IMG/VR virus record: IMGVR_UViG_3300028186_000155
Reading direction: 5' to 3' (one strand)
From: a virus
Taxonomy: Duplodnaviria; Caudoviricetes
DNA: 64,000 nt
Shown: in pieces, positions 62,295 through 64,000 of the stretch
Layout of the letters: every line of letters starts with the position of its first letter
How positions within the stretch are numbered: position 1 is the first letter of the stretch
Made by a program: the position numbers and the translations under genes
Notes under the pieces: generated by a model
The model's input: the letters and a program-made list of their open reading frames with translations, nothing else
Told to the model about the DNA's origin: nothing
Database searches by the model: none

Positions 62295-64000
62295 TTAGCG
62301 GGTTTTATATTTGAAGTTGATATCGGCCAGTTCTTTCAGCGCCATATCTTTGTTGTTGACGGTCACGCTGCGAGCGACTTCCGCGATTTTCTGTTTCAAA
62401 TCGGTTTTGTTCTTACCGAAGTAGAGCCATTCGCCGTCAACCTTCTGCCATTTCACGCCAGCATTAGGAATCGGCTTACCGATTTGTTTGAGGATACCGG
62501 GGTTGGTGCGGATATCCACGCAGAGACGCACGTGCTCTTCAGTGAAGATTGGGAACACGCGCAGCGCACGGCGGTTGCTGTTCATGCGCTTGTTGACCAT
62601 GAAGAAAGCAGGCAGTTCGGAAACCGGCGCCAACTCCAAGTTGTACCACAGTTTGTGGGTATTTTTCATGCCCACTTCGAACGCATCGTTGATTTGTTCG
62701 AAGATACGGTTGGTGGCCGCCGACAACTCGAAGTTGTCATAGATCCAATCGTAAATAACGTGGAACTTTTTCTTGTTGTTAACGTCGATGTACGCGTAGG
62801 CCGGAACGTGTTGGAACCCAACGCCTTTCAGGTCCAATTCACCCTCGTCGAATTGCGCTTCGAGGGTTGCGAAACCGTGATAGTACATCGGGTACAGAGA
62901 AACGGAGGATTCTTCGATTTCTTCAGGGAAATCTTCGTCTTCCTCGACCGGCGCAGGCACCGCTGCTGGTTTTGGTTGGACCTTCGGTTTGACTTTGCCA
63001 CCGACGACCTTGACCGTACCACCAGTGTTGTAAATGCCTTCGTTGATCGGCTTCCCTTTTTTCTCGTTCTCTTCGCGCTTGTCGCCGTCTTCCTTTTCTT
63101 TCTTGATAACGCGGAGACGTTCGGTTTCCTGTTTCTTGCGAATGCGCTCTTCACGCTCTTCGATTTCGCGTTGCTTCTGTTCCTGTTTTTCCAACCGTTT
63201 GGCCCGTGCAGCATCGCGGGTTTCTTCGGTGGCAGTCGAAGCGGTGTTAACGTCGAAGAAACGCTCTTCCTGATCCGGCGTGATATTGCGCTGGGCAATG
63301 TAGGCCATGTTCAGTTGAACGGTTACGCGGCTAGGCATGCCAGCAGGCGGATTTTTGAGGTTAACGGTCAGGCTCGACAGCTTGCCGCCACGCGTGTTGA
63401 AACCAACGATTTTGCCGGTGCCCCATTCGGTAACAACCGGTTTCAGTCGCAGTTTATCGCGGAAGTTGTTGAAGACTTCCGGGTCGCGCACCATTACCTC
63501 GACGTTTTGCAGGCCCCAATTGTTTGGATCGGGAATTGGTTGGTTAGCAACGAATGGCACAACATCCATACGCGCCGCGCCTTCCATCGGGGCAGCCTTT
63601 TCGATAGGCAACATTTCGATTTTGTTTTTCGCTCGCATTTCTGCGAACTCTTTGGATTCAACGCGGTTCAAACGACGATACGCGTCTTCCATTTGGCTGA
63701 ATGGTTTGTCGTCCAGACCAGCGGCGTTCGCCAGCATGTCAATGGACAGGGCGAGGCGCGCATCTTCTTTCTCGGTCGGAACGCGAACCGATGCCAGCAA
63801 TTCCGCATAGAGCGGGTTCGAGGCTTCGGTGATTCGAGCAATGCCGAAAGTCTTGGAAATAACGCGAGCAAGTTTTGCAACTTCCATCGTGTTATCGGCC
63901 AGTACCCAATCCAGATAAACCACATCACGGGTCAGGGTGCCGGTGCCTGCGGCTGCTGCCATTGCGCCTTTTGCATCAGGGCGCCATACACGCGCAGAGG
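62295..64000 (-). CDS. C-terminal part of a large SNF2-like helicase (starts beyond the window)
   Basis: Frame open to the window edge: SARVWRP...VVYLDWVLADNTME..K..R resembles SNF2 motif VI and the following segment. Confidence 0.6.
   Translation of the reverse strand, partial: SARVWRPDAKGAMAAAAGTGTLTRDVVYLDWVLADNTMEVAKLARVISKTFGIARITEASNPLYAELLASVRVPTEKEDARLALSIDMLANAAGLDDKPFSQMEDAYRRLNRVESKEFAEMRAKNKIEMLPIEKAAPMEGAARMDVVPFVANQPIPDPNNWGLQNVEVMVRDPEVFNNFRDKLRLKPVVTEWGTGKIVGFNTRGGKLSSLTVNLKNPPAGMPSRVTVQLNMAYIAQRNITPDQEERFFDVNTASTATEETRDAARAKRLEKQEQKQREIEEREERIRKKQETERLRVIKKEKEDGDKREENEKKGKPINEGIYNTGGTVKVVGGKVKPKVQPKPAAVPAPVEEDEDFPEEIEESSVSLYPMYYHGFATLEAQFDEGELDLKGVGFQHVPAYAYIDVNNKKKFHVIYDWIYDNFELSAATNRIFEQINDAFEVGMKNTHKLWYNLELAPVSELPAFFMVNKRMNSNRRALRVFPIFTEEHVRLCVDIRTNPGILKQIGKPIPNAGVKWQKVDGEWLYFGKNKTDLKQKIAEVARSVTVNNKDMALKELADINFKYKTR

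Noticed and set aside
1-64000. CRISPR array, DGR, integrase/transposase, rRNA or tRNA
   Set aside because: I saw no regularly spaced repeats, reverse transcriptase, recombinase or RNA-gene signatures by eye. A tRNAscan/Infernal run would be needed to exclude small RNAs.

Overview
A 64-kb segment of a large (jumbo-type) contractile-tailed dsDNA phage genome. Nearly all genes are on the minus strand, and the long + strand ORFs are antisense shadows. In transcription order (high to low coordinates) the window holds: (1) the end of an SNF2-like helicase; (2) a replication block with a family A DNA polymerase carrying an N-terminal UDG-like domain, a beta-clamp, a UvsY-like protein, an SF2 helicase, a degenerate DnaC-like protein and a J-domain protein; (3) a second tail-sheath gene with Ig-like fibre genes; (4) an NAD-dependent ligase and a GT2-TPR glycosyltransferase set among putative inner-head genes; (5) prohead protease, scaffold, decoration protein and major capsid; (6) the main tail module (sheath, tube, baseplate, and a tail protein with two peptidoglycan-hydrolase domains); (7) dCTP deaminase, about 40 small accessory ORFs and the start of an endolysin. 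The gene set recalls Pseudomonas/Ralstonia jumbo myophages of the PaBG/Lu11/RSL1 type (inference from recall, not searched). The most notable unannotated signals are: a likely programmed -1 frameshift at A_AAA_AAG (13185-13191); an 8-codon mini-ORF (MNDERPDI) that repeats the C-terminus of the upstream peptide and abuts an RBS-occluding hairpin; a T4-style hairpin hiding the endolysin start codon beside a putative late promoter; two recurring promoter-like motifs (ACTGTAAAY and TAATTT); and a shared MI(I)ALA N-terminal tag plus many A-x-A-S sites that suggest a capsid-targeting and protease-maturation code.
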